A stretch of DNA of 36,286 nt from Lachnospiraceae bacterium UBA3332. GTDB lineage: Bacteria > Bacillota > Clostridia > Lachnospirales > Lachnospiraceae. Of the stretch, positions 8,541-17,103 are shown one piece after another (the stretch's first letter is position 1; every line of letters begins with the position of its first letter). Under the pieces are notes generated by a model. The model saw only the letters and a program-made list of their open reading frames with translations. It was not told the origin of the DNA and made no database searches. The position numbers and the translations under genes were made by a program. The DNA lies in contig DERU01000094.1 in assembly GCA_002361095.1 (NCBI GenBank), positions 1 to 36,286 of the forward strand, read 5' to 3'.

Positions 8541-9734
8541 ATGACAAAAACGGGAATTGGCTTTATCGGCCTCGGAGCCCGGGGCTTATCCCTGCTGGAA
8601 ACCGTCGTGCTTCCCATGAAAGCGGCAGATGTCGTGGCAGTTTGCGATCCCTATGGGGACCGGGCCCAAAAAGGCGCCGACGCCGTAAAAGCCGCCGGCG
8701 GGAATGCAGTATTGGAAACGTCATATGAAAAAGTGATACAAAACCCGGCGGTAGACGCCGTCATTATCGCAAGCGCCTGGGAATCCCATGTTGACATTGC
8801 CTTACATGCCATGCGCGCCAATAAAGCCGTCGCCATGGAGGTGGGCGGTGCCTACGGGATCGAAGACTGTTGGAAGCTTGTGGATACCTACGAGCAAACC
8901 CTGACCCCTTTTATGTTTTTGGAAAACTGCTGCTTTGGGCGCAGGGAGATGATGGTACTCAATATGGTAGAACAGGGATTATTCGGGGAAATCGTCCACT
9001 GCGCGGGCGGCTATCATCACGATCTGCGCAGGGAAATTACCTTCGGCCGTGAAAACAGACATTACCGCCTGCGCAATTATACGCACCGCAACGCGGAAAA
9101 CTATCCCACCCATGAACTTGGCCCCATTGCCAAGATTCTAAATATCAACCACGGGAACCGAATGCTTTCCCTCACGTCCACCGCCTCAAAAGCCGCCGGT
9201 CTGCACACCTATCTGCAGGAACATAAGCCGGGGGATGAAAATCTGAAAAATACTGTCTTTATGCAGGGGGACGTAGTCACCACCGTCATAAAGTGCGCCC
9301 ACGGGGAAACGATCACTCTCACACTGGATACCACCCTGCCCCGTTTTTACAGCCGGGGCTTTACGGTCCGGGGAACAAAGGGGATGTATGAAGAAGCGAC
9401 GGATTCCGTCTTTTTGGACGGCCCGCAGGATGGCGCCTACGATTTCACATGGCTGAAAAACCAGTGTCAAAATGCCGAAACCTATGCCGCGCAATACGAC
9501 CATCCCGTATGGAAAAAGTACCTGGCAGACGGCGTGCAGGGTACCCATGACGGTATGGACTGGCTGGAGTTTAAGATTTTCTTCGACTGTCTCCAAAACA
9601 AAAAGCCTATGCCGGTGGATGTTTACGATGCGGCGGCATGGATGGCCGTTACCGCACTGTCCGAACAGTCTATCGCACTCGGTTCCATGCCGGTGGCTTT
9701 TCCCGATTTCACAAGGGGCAAATGGGTTTTATAA
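8541..9734 (+). CDS. Gfo/Idh/MocA oxidoreductase, probable GH109 NAD+-dependent N-acetylgalactosaminidase
   Basis: Rossmann GLGARG, EVGGA, LENCC, GGYHHDLR, YPTH, HxGMD, PDFTRG; no signal peptide. Confidence 0.82.
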   Translation: MTKTGIGFIGLGARGLSLLETVVLPMKAADVVAVCDPYGDRAQKGADAVKAAGGNAVLETSYEKVIQNPAVDAVIIASAWESHVDIALHAMRANKAVAMEVGGAYGIEDCWKLVDTYEQTLTPFMFLENCCFGRREMMVLNMVEQGLFGEIVHCAGGYHHDLRREITFGRENRHYRLRNYTHRNAENYPTHELGPIAKILNINHGNRMLSLTSTASKAAGLHTYLQEHKPGDENLKNTVFMQGDVVTTVIKCAHGETITLTLDTTLPRFYSRGFTVRGTKGMYEEATDSVFLDGPQDGAYDFTWLKNQCQNAETYAAQYDHPVWKKYLADGVQGTHDGMDWLEFKIFFDCLQNKKPMPVDVYDAAAWMAVTALSEQSIALGSMPVAFPDFTRGKWVL

Positions 9735-9741
9735 ATATCAC

Positions 9742-9767
9742 AGGGGGCAAAATACCTTTTGCCCCCT
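9742..9767 (+). terminator. Hairpin after GH109 gene
   Basis: AGGGGGCAAAA-TACC-TTTTGCCCCCT perfect 11-bp stem. Confidence 0.65.
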
Positions 9768-10117
9768 ATACTTTACATCTATATGCCATTTTCGGTCATA
9801 TGGCGCATGTTTACCTTTTTATCATAACCACAGTATCGGCGGCCGCCTGGGTATTGCTTCCTGCCTGCTCCACGTACGCGCCTTTGCCAAAAACAGATGC
9901 TATTGCAAGATTCCTCAACGTTTCCGGTCTTTCCCCTTCATGATTTCCCTGCGCGATATTTTTATCATTTGGAAAAATTTCATTTCAATTCATTTGAGTT
10001 GTAAAAAATGTGTAATTTCCCTTGATGTTACTATACGGAGCGAAAATGTAAAGATATGTTGATAGAAAAAATCACTGCATTTATTTAGAATCTTGCTTAA
10101 AGGAGGACAAACAGAAA

Positions 10118-10651
10118 ATGGGAATTGGGATTAAACTCAACCAATTAAGAAAACTTTCAGGAATGACACAGGAGCAGTTTGCAGAAAAACTTAACGTATC
10201 AAGACAAACTATTTCAAAGTGGGAGACGGGTAATACTTCCCCGGATTTAGAAAGCATAGTCAGGATATGCAAAATATTTCATGTGTCATCGGATGATTTA
10301 TTGATGGAAGGGGATGTAATGGAAGAAGAAACAAATGCGGCAAAAAAAAATGACGAACAGATAACATTAGACGATCTAATAAAAATGAATCTTCATAACC
10401 GGAAAATGACGCTGTTGCTAATCAGCGGATTGATGTTTATTATGGTCGGAATATTAAATTTTGCTTATGTAACAGCACTGGAAAATACTACTCTAAGTAC
10501 CCAATATATGCTATATAGGTATATCGCTACCGGACGATATGAATACGCTCCCGTTAATTATGCGGGATTGATGTTTCCCTCTATTATTGCAGGGGGAATT
10601 GGACTCGTATTACTCCTGTGCTACATTCTTAAGAACAAAAAAGGAGAATGA
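10118..10651 (+). CDS. XRE-family HTH regulator with two C-terminal TM segments
   Basis: LRKLSGMTQEQFAEKLNVSRQTISKWETG HTH; hydrophobic LLLISGLMFIMVGIL and IIAGGIGLVLLLCYIL; AAGGAGG RBS. Confidence 0.88.
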   Translation: MGIGIKLNQLRKLSGMTQEQFAEKLNVSRQTISKWETGNTSPDLESIVRICKIFHVSSDDLLMEGDVMEEETNAAKKNDEQITLDDLIKMNLHNRKMTLLLISGLMFIMVGILNFAYVTALENTTLSTQYMLYRYIATGRYEYAPVNYAGLMFPSIIAGGIGLVLLLCYILKNKKGE

Positions 10652-10655
10652 AATT

Positions 10656-11225
10656 ATGTATAAGATAAAGCGTACCATTTCCTGCATTGTTGTGTTTGTG
10701 TTGACCGCTTCCCTGTTGTGTTCTTGTGGAAATAAAAATAAAAGTGAAGAATATGCGGCAATGTATGGATCGACTATCGGCGGCTTAGAGGACGACGAAC
10801 TTTTTGCAATCATAGAAACCAATGCTTCTTCACCTGTTTTGCTTGTCACTTCTCAGTTTTATGATGATGGTTCAGGAAATCAGGCGGCGCTTTGGTGCAA
10901 TGTGTACTATGCGATAGACGGAGAAGTAAAAAATGCAGGAATGATAGAGAGTTTGGGAACGGCATACCCTGTCTCCTACGATAAAACAGGTATTTACGCA
11001 GCATCAGGGCACGGTATGCAGCGATTTGAAATTGATGGAAAAACCGGAACAATTGTTTTAGCAGAAGGAATATATGAGCAGTTTGATGAAAACGGAAACG
11101 CTGCCTATACTTTAGAAAAAGGAGGGAAAACAGAAGTGCTCACAGAGGAAGCATATTACAAAGCGTTTGAAAAATACAGTGAAGCTGCCGTGGTAAATTT
11201 TACCTATGGCGCATCCGGGACATAA
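10656..11225 (+). CDS. Putative lipoprotein, unknown function
   Basis: MYKIKR, hydrophobic core, lipobox LCSC; AAGGAG RBS inside the XRE gene end; AT-rich. Confidence 0.78.
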   Translation: MYKIKRTISCIVVFVLTASLLCSCGNKNKSEEYAAMYGSTIGGLEDDELFAIIETNASSPVLLVTSQFYDDGSGNQAALWCNVYYAIDGEVKNAGMIESLGTAYPVSYDKTGIYAASGHGMQRFEIDGKTGTIVLAEGIYEQFDENGNAAYTLEKGGKTEVLTEEAYYKAFEKYSEAAVVNFTYGASGT

Positions 11226-11521
11226 CCCATGCTCCTGCCCGCGTCCTGCGGTTTGTCCTTTCCCAGGCTCAAACTTACAAAAGCACAGCAGCCGTCACCC
11301 ACCATAACCGCAGCGGCAAGGGCAATCACGGTCAACGGAAACACCACTGTATTCGCGGCGTTCCCATAAGAGCCGAGATAAGAGGCATTGGCGATAAATA
11401 TTTGGTCAACAATGTTGTATAAGGCGCCCACAAGGAGTGAAATAATACAGGGAACCGCATATTTCCCCATCAGCCGGCCAACCGGCTCCTCCATTAGAAA
11501 TGCATTACTTTTTGCTTTCAT
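11204..11521 (-). pseudogene. Truncated MATE efflux transporter (5' about 99 codons only)
   Basis: YAVPCIISLLVGALYNIVDQIFI...AANTVVFP MATE N-terminus with RBS AAGGAG; runs into the antisense of the lipoprotein end and stops. Confidence 0.85.
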
Positions 11522-11535
11522 ATCTGTCTCCTTTC

Positions 11536-11702
11536 AAACAAAAACAGCGCTTAGCCCGGCTGCTGGGTTTACGCCAAAGGCTACACGCTGCATATACATA
11601 AATGTATGGTTATAAGCAAAAAACGCGTGACACATAACCGGATTTACGCAGTTTAAGCCACACGTTCTTTATTATCATACTGCTTTTCCCCCAAAACTTC
11701 AA
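11536..11702 (-). promoter_or_regulatory. MATE promoter and leader with two related terminator-like hairpins (candidate attenuator)
   Basis: TTGAAG, 17 bp, TATGAT (11702-11674); hairpins 11622-11666 and 11545-11590, each followed by a U-run. Confidence 0.6.
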
Positions 11703-11803
11703 AGGCAATTTTGCACAAAAATTGCTCTACACTCCGGTAACAGTCCAGACAATCCTGAACTGTTACCCGCTCCAAGAGCCTTTTTACACTATATGCAACC
11801 CCA

Positions 11804-14215
11804 TTAAACGGTATCAATCTGCGGTTCTGCACATCCGCGAAGCGTTTCCACAATCGACATTTTCCGGATTTGTTTCATCGGGCGATATACGGCTGCCACG
11901 GCAGATGCCAGAATCAGTGCAATGATCATACCCATATAGCGGACAGGCACATACCACGGATCACCCCAGCGAAAACTCACCATATGCTCAAAAATAAATT
12001 TGTGCAGCCATAATCCGAGCAGACATCCCGCCGCAATTCCGGCAAACACATAAGCCGCCGCCTCGGCCGCGACCATCCCCACCAGCTGACGGTCACTCAT
12101 TCCCACGGCACGCATCGCCCCATACTGCAAAATATGCGCAGACACACTCATTCCGATGCTGTTGATAATATTGAAAGCCGAAATCAGCGCAATGATCGCC
12201 AAAAAGCCGTAAAGGAACACCGCATAACAGTAATACGCTCCCCTGGCCTCCCGATTGCTCATACGCCGGTCCGAAAATACGGTTCCTTCCCCCGCTTCCC
12301 GCCGTATCTGCATTACATCCCCTTCCGTGGCCCTTTGATTTAACTGTATATCCAAAACGGTATAATCCGTCTCACCGGTAAGCCGTTCAAACAGTTCCTC
12401 CGAGCAGATCACATTCTCCACCCCTTCCCCAAGGTCAAAAGGCGTTTTTGACAAAACCGCCGTCACTTCCAGTTCCTGCACCCCTCCCCCGGGCAAATCC
12501 ACCGTAATCACACTGCCCTGCCGCAAGGTGTTTTCCCCTGCGTAAGCATATTCAATCATGACGCCCTGCCCGCTTTTGGCTTTTTTGACCGTGCCCGAAA
12601 GCAGCATTTTTTCCGCCCATCCAAATTGGTGCTTTTCATAAGAAATCAGGTTCATCCGCCCTTCTTTTTGATCCAGCAAAACCGGAACGTTATAAGCGAA
12701 CCTACGTCCATAAACACGCTTTACGGCCGGGTTATGCTCCAAACGTTCCAGAAGCGCGCCGGAAACCGAACAGGTATTGTCCGGACTCATGACAGACACA
12801 TCCGGCGTATACGGATTCAATGGCGTTACCGCATGACCCATGAAATCTATTGTGGCCGAAAATCCCAAAAACAGCAGGATGGTAAATGCAAAAGAACCCG
12901 TCAACAGCAGAAAATTTTTTTTACTTCCCTTTGCGTGATGGATCCCCAGTGCGGTCTCCACCGAAAAAAATCCGGTTGCGGCTGCTTTTTTGACCGCATA
13001 CACCGTACCGGCATTGCCTGAAACGGCGGCAAGCGGCGATACCTTCGCAGCTTTTTTGGCCGGGGCCTGCGCCGCCAGAAGAACCGTGACCGTCCCCAGT
13101 ACAATCCCCGCCGCCGTTCCCGCAAAGCTTACCCCAAAGACCGGCATTTCCCCAAAATAAGAGGGGCTTAATGTCCGCAGCAAACCGCATAAAATCCATA
13201 CTACCACAATGCCTGTCAAAATTCCTGCGGGAATCGCCGTTTTGCACCAGTTTAGCGCTTCGCACCGCACGAAACGGATCACCTGGCGAGGCTTTGCCCC
13301 AAGGCATCTTAGCATACCGAAAAAGCTCGTGCGCTGGGCAATATTGCTGTTCAAACTTCCGGTGATCATCAAAATTCCCGCCACCATTACCAAAACCGCC
13401 AAAAGTAACGCAACCGCATAAAGCTGCACAATAAAAGGATCCCTGCTCTGTCCCATCAGTCCAAGCAGTCTGGTATTCTGTCCGATCTGTTCTTTTGCAA
13501 GGCCAAACTGCGCCTGGATATCTCCCAGCGTTTTCTGGATATCACAGCGCGGAACAAACCGCACATAACAGACGCCGTCCTTTCTTTCCCCTGCCTCTTT
13601 CGGTGCAAGTCCGGAAAACGTCTCTCTCCCCACAAACGCCCCGAACGCATCCGCAACGGTAAGCAGGGATGTATCCCCCAAAAAGCCGCTGATCTTTAAA
13701 GGTACATAATTTCCATCCGGAAGTTCCAGTTCCAGGGTATCTCCAACTTTTACGCCCAGCCGCTCTTTCACTCCTTTTGAAAAAACGGCGCTGCCCGTGT
13801 TTTCCGGAAATGTTCCCTCCACGATCCGTGCGGCAGGAAACATGTCCAAAAAATTTTCCTCCATACCGCAGATAACCGTCTGAACGCCTTCCAGCATGTA
13901 CCCTTCGTCCAGCCGGTAATTGACGGTATCATACCAGGAGGAAACCTCCACCTGCGTACGCGCCCGCAGCAGTTCTTCCTGTTCTGGGGAAAGCGTTTTA
14001 AAGGCTGCATGCCAATTGCCGTCTGTCAGAACTGCCTGCATTTTCTGACTGCGGATCGCCATATCCGCCATGCCAAAAAGGGTTGACACCAGCGCGACGG
14101 CAAGCGCAATACATAAACCCGTCATCCGGCTCTGTTTCCGCCGCACCTTTGCAGAAATCGGAATCAACGTCATCCAGCTTTTCATTCCGCCGACATTTTT
14201 TCTTTTCCCATTCAT
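11804..14215 (-). CDS. ABC transporter permease, duplicated FtsX/MacB-type
   Basis: 803 aa; two FtsX repeats (FGMLRCLGAKPRQV; YGAMRAVGMSDRQL) with large extracytoplasmic loops; ATGA overlap with the ATPase. Confidence 0.9.
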   Translation of the reverse strand: MNGKRKNVGGMKSWMTLIPISAKVRRKQSRMTGLCIALAVALVSTLFGMADMAIRSQKMQAVLTDGNWHAAFKTLSPEQEELLRARTQVEVSSWYDTVNYRLDEGYMLEGVQTVICGMEENFLDMFPAARIVEGTFPENTGSAVFSKGVKERLGVKVGDTLELELPDGNYVPLKISGFLGDTSLLTVADAFGAFVGRETFSGLAPKEAGERKDGVCYVRFVPRCDIQKTLGDIQAQFGLAKEQIGQNTRLLGLMGQSRDPFIVQLYAVALLLAVLVMVAGILMITGSLNSNIAQRTSFFGMLRCLGAKPRQVIRFVRCEALNWCKTAIPAGILTGIVVVWILCGLLRTLSPSYFGEMPVFGVSFAGTAAGIVLGTVTVLLAAQAPAKKAAKVSPLAAVSGNAGTVYAVKKAAATGFFSVETALGIHHAKGSKKNFLLLTGSFAFTILLFLGFSATIDFMGHAVTPLNPYTPDVSVMSPDNTCSVSGALLERLEHNPAVKRVYGRRFAYNVPVLLDQKEGRMNLISYEKHQFGWAEKMLLSGTVKKAKSGQGVMIEYAYAGENTLRQGSVITVDLPGGGVQELEVTAVLSKTPFDLGEGVENVICSEELFERLTGETDYTVLDIQLNQRATEGDVMQIRREAGEGTVFSDRRMSNREARGAYYCYAVFLYGFLAIIALISAFNIINSIGMSVSAHILQYGAMRAVGMSDRQLVGMVAAEAAAYVFAGIAAGCLLGLWLHKFIFEHMVSFRWGDPWYVPVRYMGMIIALILASAVAAVYRPMKQIRKMSIVETLRGCAEPQIDTV

Positions 14216-14895
14216 TTGCGCATCCCTCCCAACTCCGTAAGCGCACCGTCCGCAATACGCAATACCCGGTCCGCTAAGGCCGCCAGATTTTGGTTATGCG
14301 TAATCATCAAAACCGTTTGCTGGTAATGCCTTGCCGCCCGAAAAAGCAGTTCCATGACATCCTGGCTGTTTTTGGAATCAAGGTTTCCGGTAGGTTCGTC
14401 CGCCAGCACCAACGCCGGCCTCGTGATCAATGCCCGCCCGATGGCCACCCTCTGCTGCTGCCCGCCGGACAGCTGTCCCGGCAGATGCTTTCTGCGTTCC
14501 TGCAAATGCAATACTTCCAAAAGTTCTCCCAGCTGCGTCGGATCAGGCTTTTCATGATCCAGCAAAAGCGGAAAAATAATGTTCTGCTCCACATTCAATT
14601 CCGCGATCAGGTGAAACGACTGAAAAATGAAACCGATATTTCTACGCCTGAAAACCGTGCGGTTGTTTTCTTTCATGCCAAACAGATCCTCCCCGTTCAA
14701 AAACACCTTCCCCTCCGTAGGCGTATCCAACCCGCCGATACAGTTCAGCAAGGTACTTTTTCCGGAACCGGATTCCCCCACCACTGCCGCAAACTCCCCT
14801 TTCTGCATGGAAAAAGAAACATTCCGCAGTGCTTTGACCTCCGTCTCCCCCCGTCCGTATATTTTGTTTACATTTTCCGTTTTTAAAATTTCCAT
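14212..14895 (-). CDS. ABC transporter ATP-binding protein (LolD/MacB type)
   Basis: Walker A GESGSGKS, LSGGQQQRVAI, ADEPTGNLD, ITH; start set at MEILK. Confidence 0.93.
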   Translation of the reverse strand: MEILKTENVNKIYGRGETEVKALRNVSFSMQKGEFAAVVGESGSGKSTLLNCIGGLDTPTEGKVFLNGEDLFGMKENNRTVFRRRNIGFIFQSFHLIAELNVEQNIIFPLLLDHEKPDPTQLGELLEVLHLQERRKHLPGQLSGGQQQRVAIGRALITRPALVLADEPTGNLDSKNSQDVMELLFRAARHYQQTVLMITHNQNLAALADRVLRIADGALTELGGMRK

Positions 14896-14947
14896 ATTCT
14901 GATGCTCCTTTCCGGGAACCGTCCGGACGATTCCCTTTTCCGCATCC

Positions 14948-15007
14948 AATATAGCAAAACCGCCTTACATTACGGTGAATTTCCCCTTACAATTCCGTAA
15001 GGGGAAA
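14948..15007 (-). promoter_or_regulatory. Putative response-regulator boxes and extended -10 for the ABC operon
   Basis: CCTTAC-N6-GTAAGG at 14985-15002, extra CCTTACA at 14963-14969, TGCTATATT extended -10 at 14948-14956. Confidence 0.6.
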
Positions 15008-16231
15008 CATAACCGTAAAAAGCGCCCCCTCTCCCGGTACGCTTTCCACAGACAGGATTCCCCCCTGTCCTTCCAGAATGGACTTTGCCAATGCCAGTCC
15101 CAGGCCGACGCCCTGCCTGTCGGAAGCGTTCCGACTTCTGTAAAACCGTTTGAAAATATGCGGTATATCTTCTTCGGCAATGCCGCAGCCGTCATCCTCC
15201 ACCCACAGGCGCAGCATATGGGGAAATCCCTGCCATCCGATCCGGATTGTTCCGCCCTCCTGCGTATGATCCAACGCATTTTTAACCAAATTGGAAACCG
15301 CCTCCGCCGTCCATAGCAAATCGCAGCACAAAACATCCTCCGCTCTTCCCTCCTGTAAAATCCGTTTTCCTTCCTCCCTTGCCCTCTCCTGCAGCTGGGA
15401 GATTGCGCGGCCTATGAGATCGGATACCTTACATCTCTCTTTTACAAATACAAGCCCCCCGGCATCCAAACGCATAACCTTTAAAAGCGTCAAAAGGAGC
15501 GATTCCATTCTTTCCAGCGACTGCAGCGATTTTTGCGCAAACATCTGTACGGCACAAGGGCGGTCCGCTTCCTCCAAAAGAATTTCCGCATACATCGTCA
15601 ACGCCGCCATCGGGGTTTTGAGCTGATGGGATATATCGGAAACCGCGTCCTGCAAAGCCTGCCTGGCAGACCGTGCAGCCTCCCCTTTCGTCTGCAGCGC
15701 CAGGGAAAGTTCGTCAATTCTGCGAAGCATCCGGTGAAATGTCCCCTCCTCCCCCCGGTCAAGGCGAGCCGAAAAATCCCCGTCCGCAAAGGCCGCAATT
15801 TCTTTTTCCACTTCCCTGTACATTTTTTCCCGCTTTTGCAAAAACAGAATGGAACCGCCAAGAAGAAGCCCTCCCATCACCGCCGCCAAGCCTGCCACGA
15901 GATGTCTGAAAAAAGCGGCGTTTTCCCCCACAACAGGCAGCAGCCACGGTTCGCTCTGCGCCGACCATCCGGTTTTTTCCATAAATGTAATGCCTTCTGC
16001 CGTAATTTCCCGGTTTCTATACGCTCCTGCAATAACGCCGGGGGCAATGTCGGATAAAAGCAGGGCGGACGCAATCTCCTGCTCCCTTTCCAGCAAAACC
16101 CTTTTGGTTCCCTCCGCCTGCCATTTGGCCGCAAAAAGTGCGGCGCCAACCAGCAATCCCCAAAAAACCGTCAGAAACAGCACATAGCGCCGCGCTTCTT
16201 TTTCATACAAAAACTCCATATTCGTTCCCAT
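14987..16231 (-). CDS. Sensor histidine kinase (HAMP-HisKA-HATPase)
   Basis: Two TMs; SHQLKTP H-box, NLVKNA, DDGCGI, GVGLGL. Confidence 0.93.
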   Translation of the reverse strand: MGTNMEFLYEKEARRYVLFLTVFWGLLVGAALFAAKWQAEGTKRVLLEREQEIASALLLSDIAPGVIAGAYRNREITAEGITFMEKTGWSAQSEPWLLPVVGENAAFFRHLVAGLAAVMGGLLLGGSILFLQKREKMYREVEKEIAAFADGDFSARLDRGEEGTFHRMLRRIDELSLALQTKGEAARSARQALQDAVSDISHQLKTPMAALTMYAEILLEEADRPCAVQMFAQKSLQSLERMESLLLTLLKVMRLDAGGLVFVKERCKVSDLIGRAISQLQERAREEGKRILQEGRAEDVLCCDLLWTAEAVSNLVKNALDHTQEGGTIRIGWQGFPHMLRLWVEDDGCGIAEEDIPHIFKRFYRSRNASDRQGVGLGLALAKSILEGQGGILSVESVPGEGALFTVMFPLTEL

Positions 16232-16258
16232 CTGCCCGCTGCGGCAAACATCCCCTTC

Positions 16259-16951
16259 CTACACCTTCCATTGATAACCAAATCCGCGTACCGTCAGCAA
16301 ATGCTCGGGTTCGGATGGGTTTTCTTCCACCTTCTCCCGCAGACGGCGGATATAGACAGACAGGGTATTGTCATCCACAAAATTTCCGCCCCCGTCCCAA
16401 AGCGCGTCTAAAATCGCAGTACGCGTCAATACACAGCCTGCATTTTGCACCAGCAGGCAAAGCAGCCGGTATTCGGCCGCTGTCAGTTCCAACAGTCTTC
16501 CCCCTAAATAGGCCCTGCTGCCGGGCAGGTCAATACGCAGATTTCCCGCGCACAGCCCTCCCCCTATCCCTTCCCGTGTCCTTTCGCCGTGCCGCAGCCG
16601 CGCCCGGATGCGGGAACAAAGTTCTCCGATGCGGAACGGTTTTGTGATATAGTCGTCCCCTCCTCCGTCCAGCCCCCGGATCACGCTTGTCTCCTCGTCT
16701 GCGGCCGTCAGAAAAATAATCGGTATCCGGCTGCCGTCCCGCCGCACCCGTTCACATACCTCAAAACCTGTCCCGTCCGGCAGCGCCACGTCTAAAAGCA
16801 AAAGATCATACCGGTTCCGGAATGCAGCCAACGCATCCTCCGCTTCCCGTACCGTACGTACCACGGTTACCTCAAATCCGTTTTTCTGCAGCGCATACCG
16901 CAGACCGTCTATCAGGGACTGGTCATCCTCCAATACCAATAGTCTCTCCAA
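16259..16951 (-). CDS. OmpR-family response regulator
   Basis: LEDD, LLDVALPDG, DDYITKPF, VYIRRLREK, TVRGFGY; TTG start after AGGAGG. Confidence 0.93.
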   Translation of the reverse strand: MERLLVLEDDQSLIDGLRYALQKNGFEVTVVRTVREAEDALAAFRNRYDLLLLDVALPDGTGFEVCERVRRDGSRIPIIFLTAADEETSVIRGLDGGGDDYITKPFRIGELCSRIRARLRHGERTREGIGGGLCAGNLRIDLPGSRAYLGGRLLELTAAEYRLLCLLVQNAGCVLTRTAILDALWDGGGNFVDDNTLSVYIRRLREKVEENPSEPEHLLTVRGFGYQWKV

Positions 16952-16981
16952 AGCCACCGCCTCCTGTGCTTTCTGACATTT

Positions 16982-17031
16982 ATTATACCACAAAACAGCC
17001 CCATGACAGTATACCTTACGGAATTGTAAGG
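16982..17031 (-). promoter_or_regulatory. Response-regulator promoter with putative autoregulatory box
   Basis: CCTTAC-N6-GTAAGG (17014-17031) upstream of extended -10 TGGTATAAT (16982-16990). Confidence 0.62.
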
Positions 17032-17052
17032 AAGATGCTGCACTGCGCACAC

Positions 17053-17086
17053 AAAAGCCTCCGGGTCGGTATCACCCCGGAGGCTT
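17053..17086 (-). terminator. Intrinsic terminator after ackA
   Basis: AAGCCTCCGGG...CCCGGAGGCTT stem followed by a T-run on the minus strand. Confidence 0.75.
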
Positions 17087-17103
17087 CTCTGCCTATTTAT
17101 CGC

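Noticed and set aside
9800-9943. 47-aa ORF with LPAC lipobox-like sequence
   Set aside because: No RBS, no basic N-region, and it lies just after a terminator-like hairpin.
11536-11666. Guanidine-IV or PyrR element upstream of MATE
   Set aside because: Lacks the short CACCGG-loop hairpin of guanidine-IV and the ARUCCNGNGAGGYU PyrR loop. Kept as an unassigned candidate.
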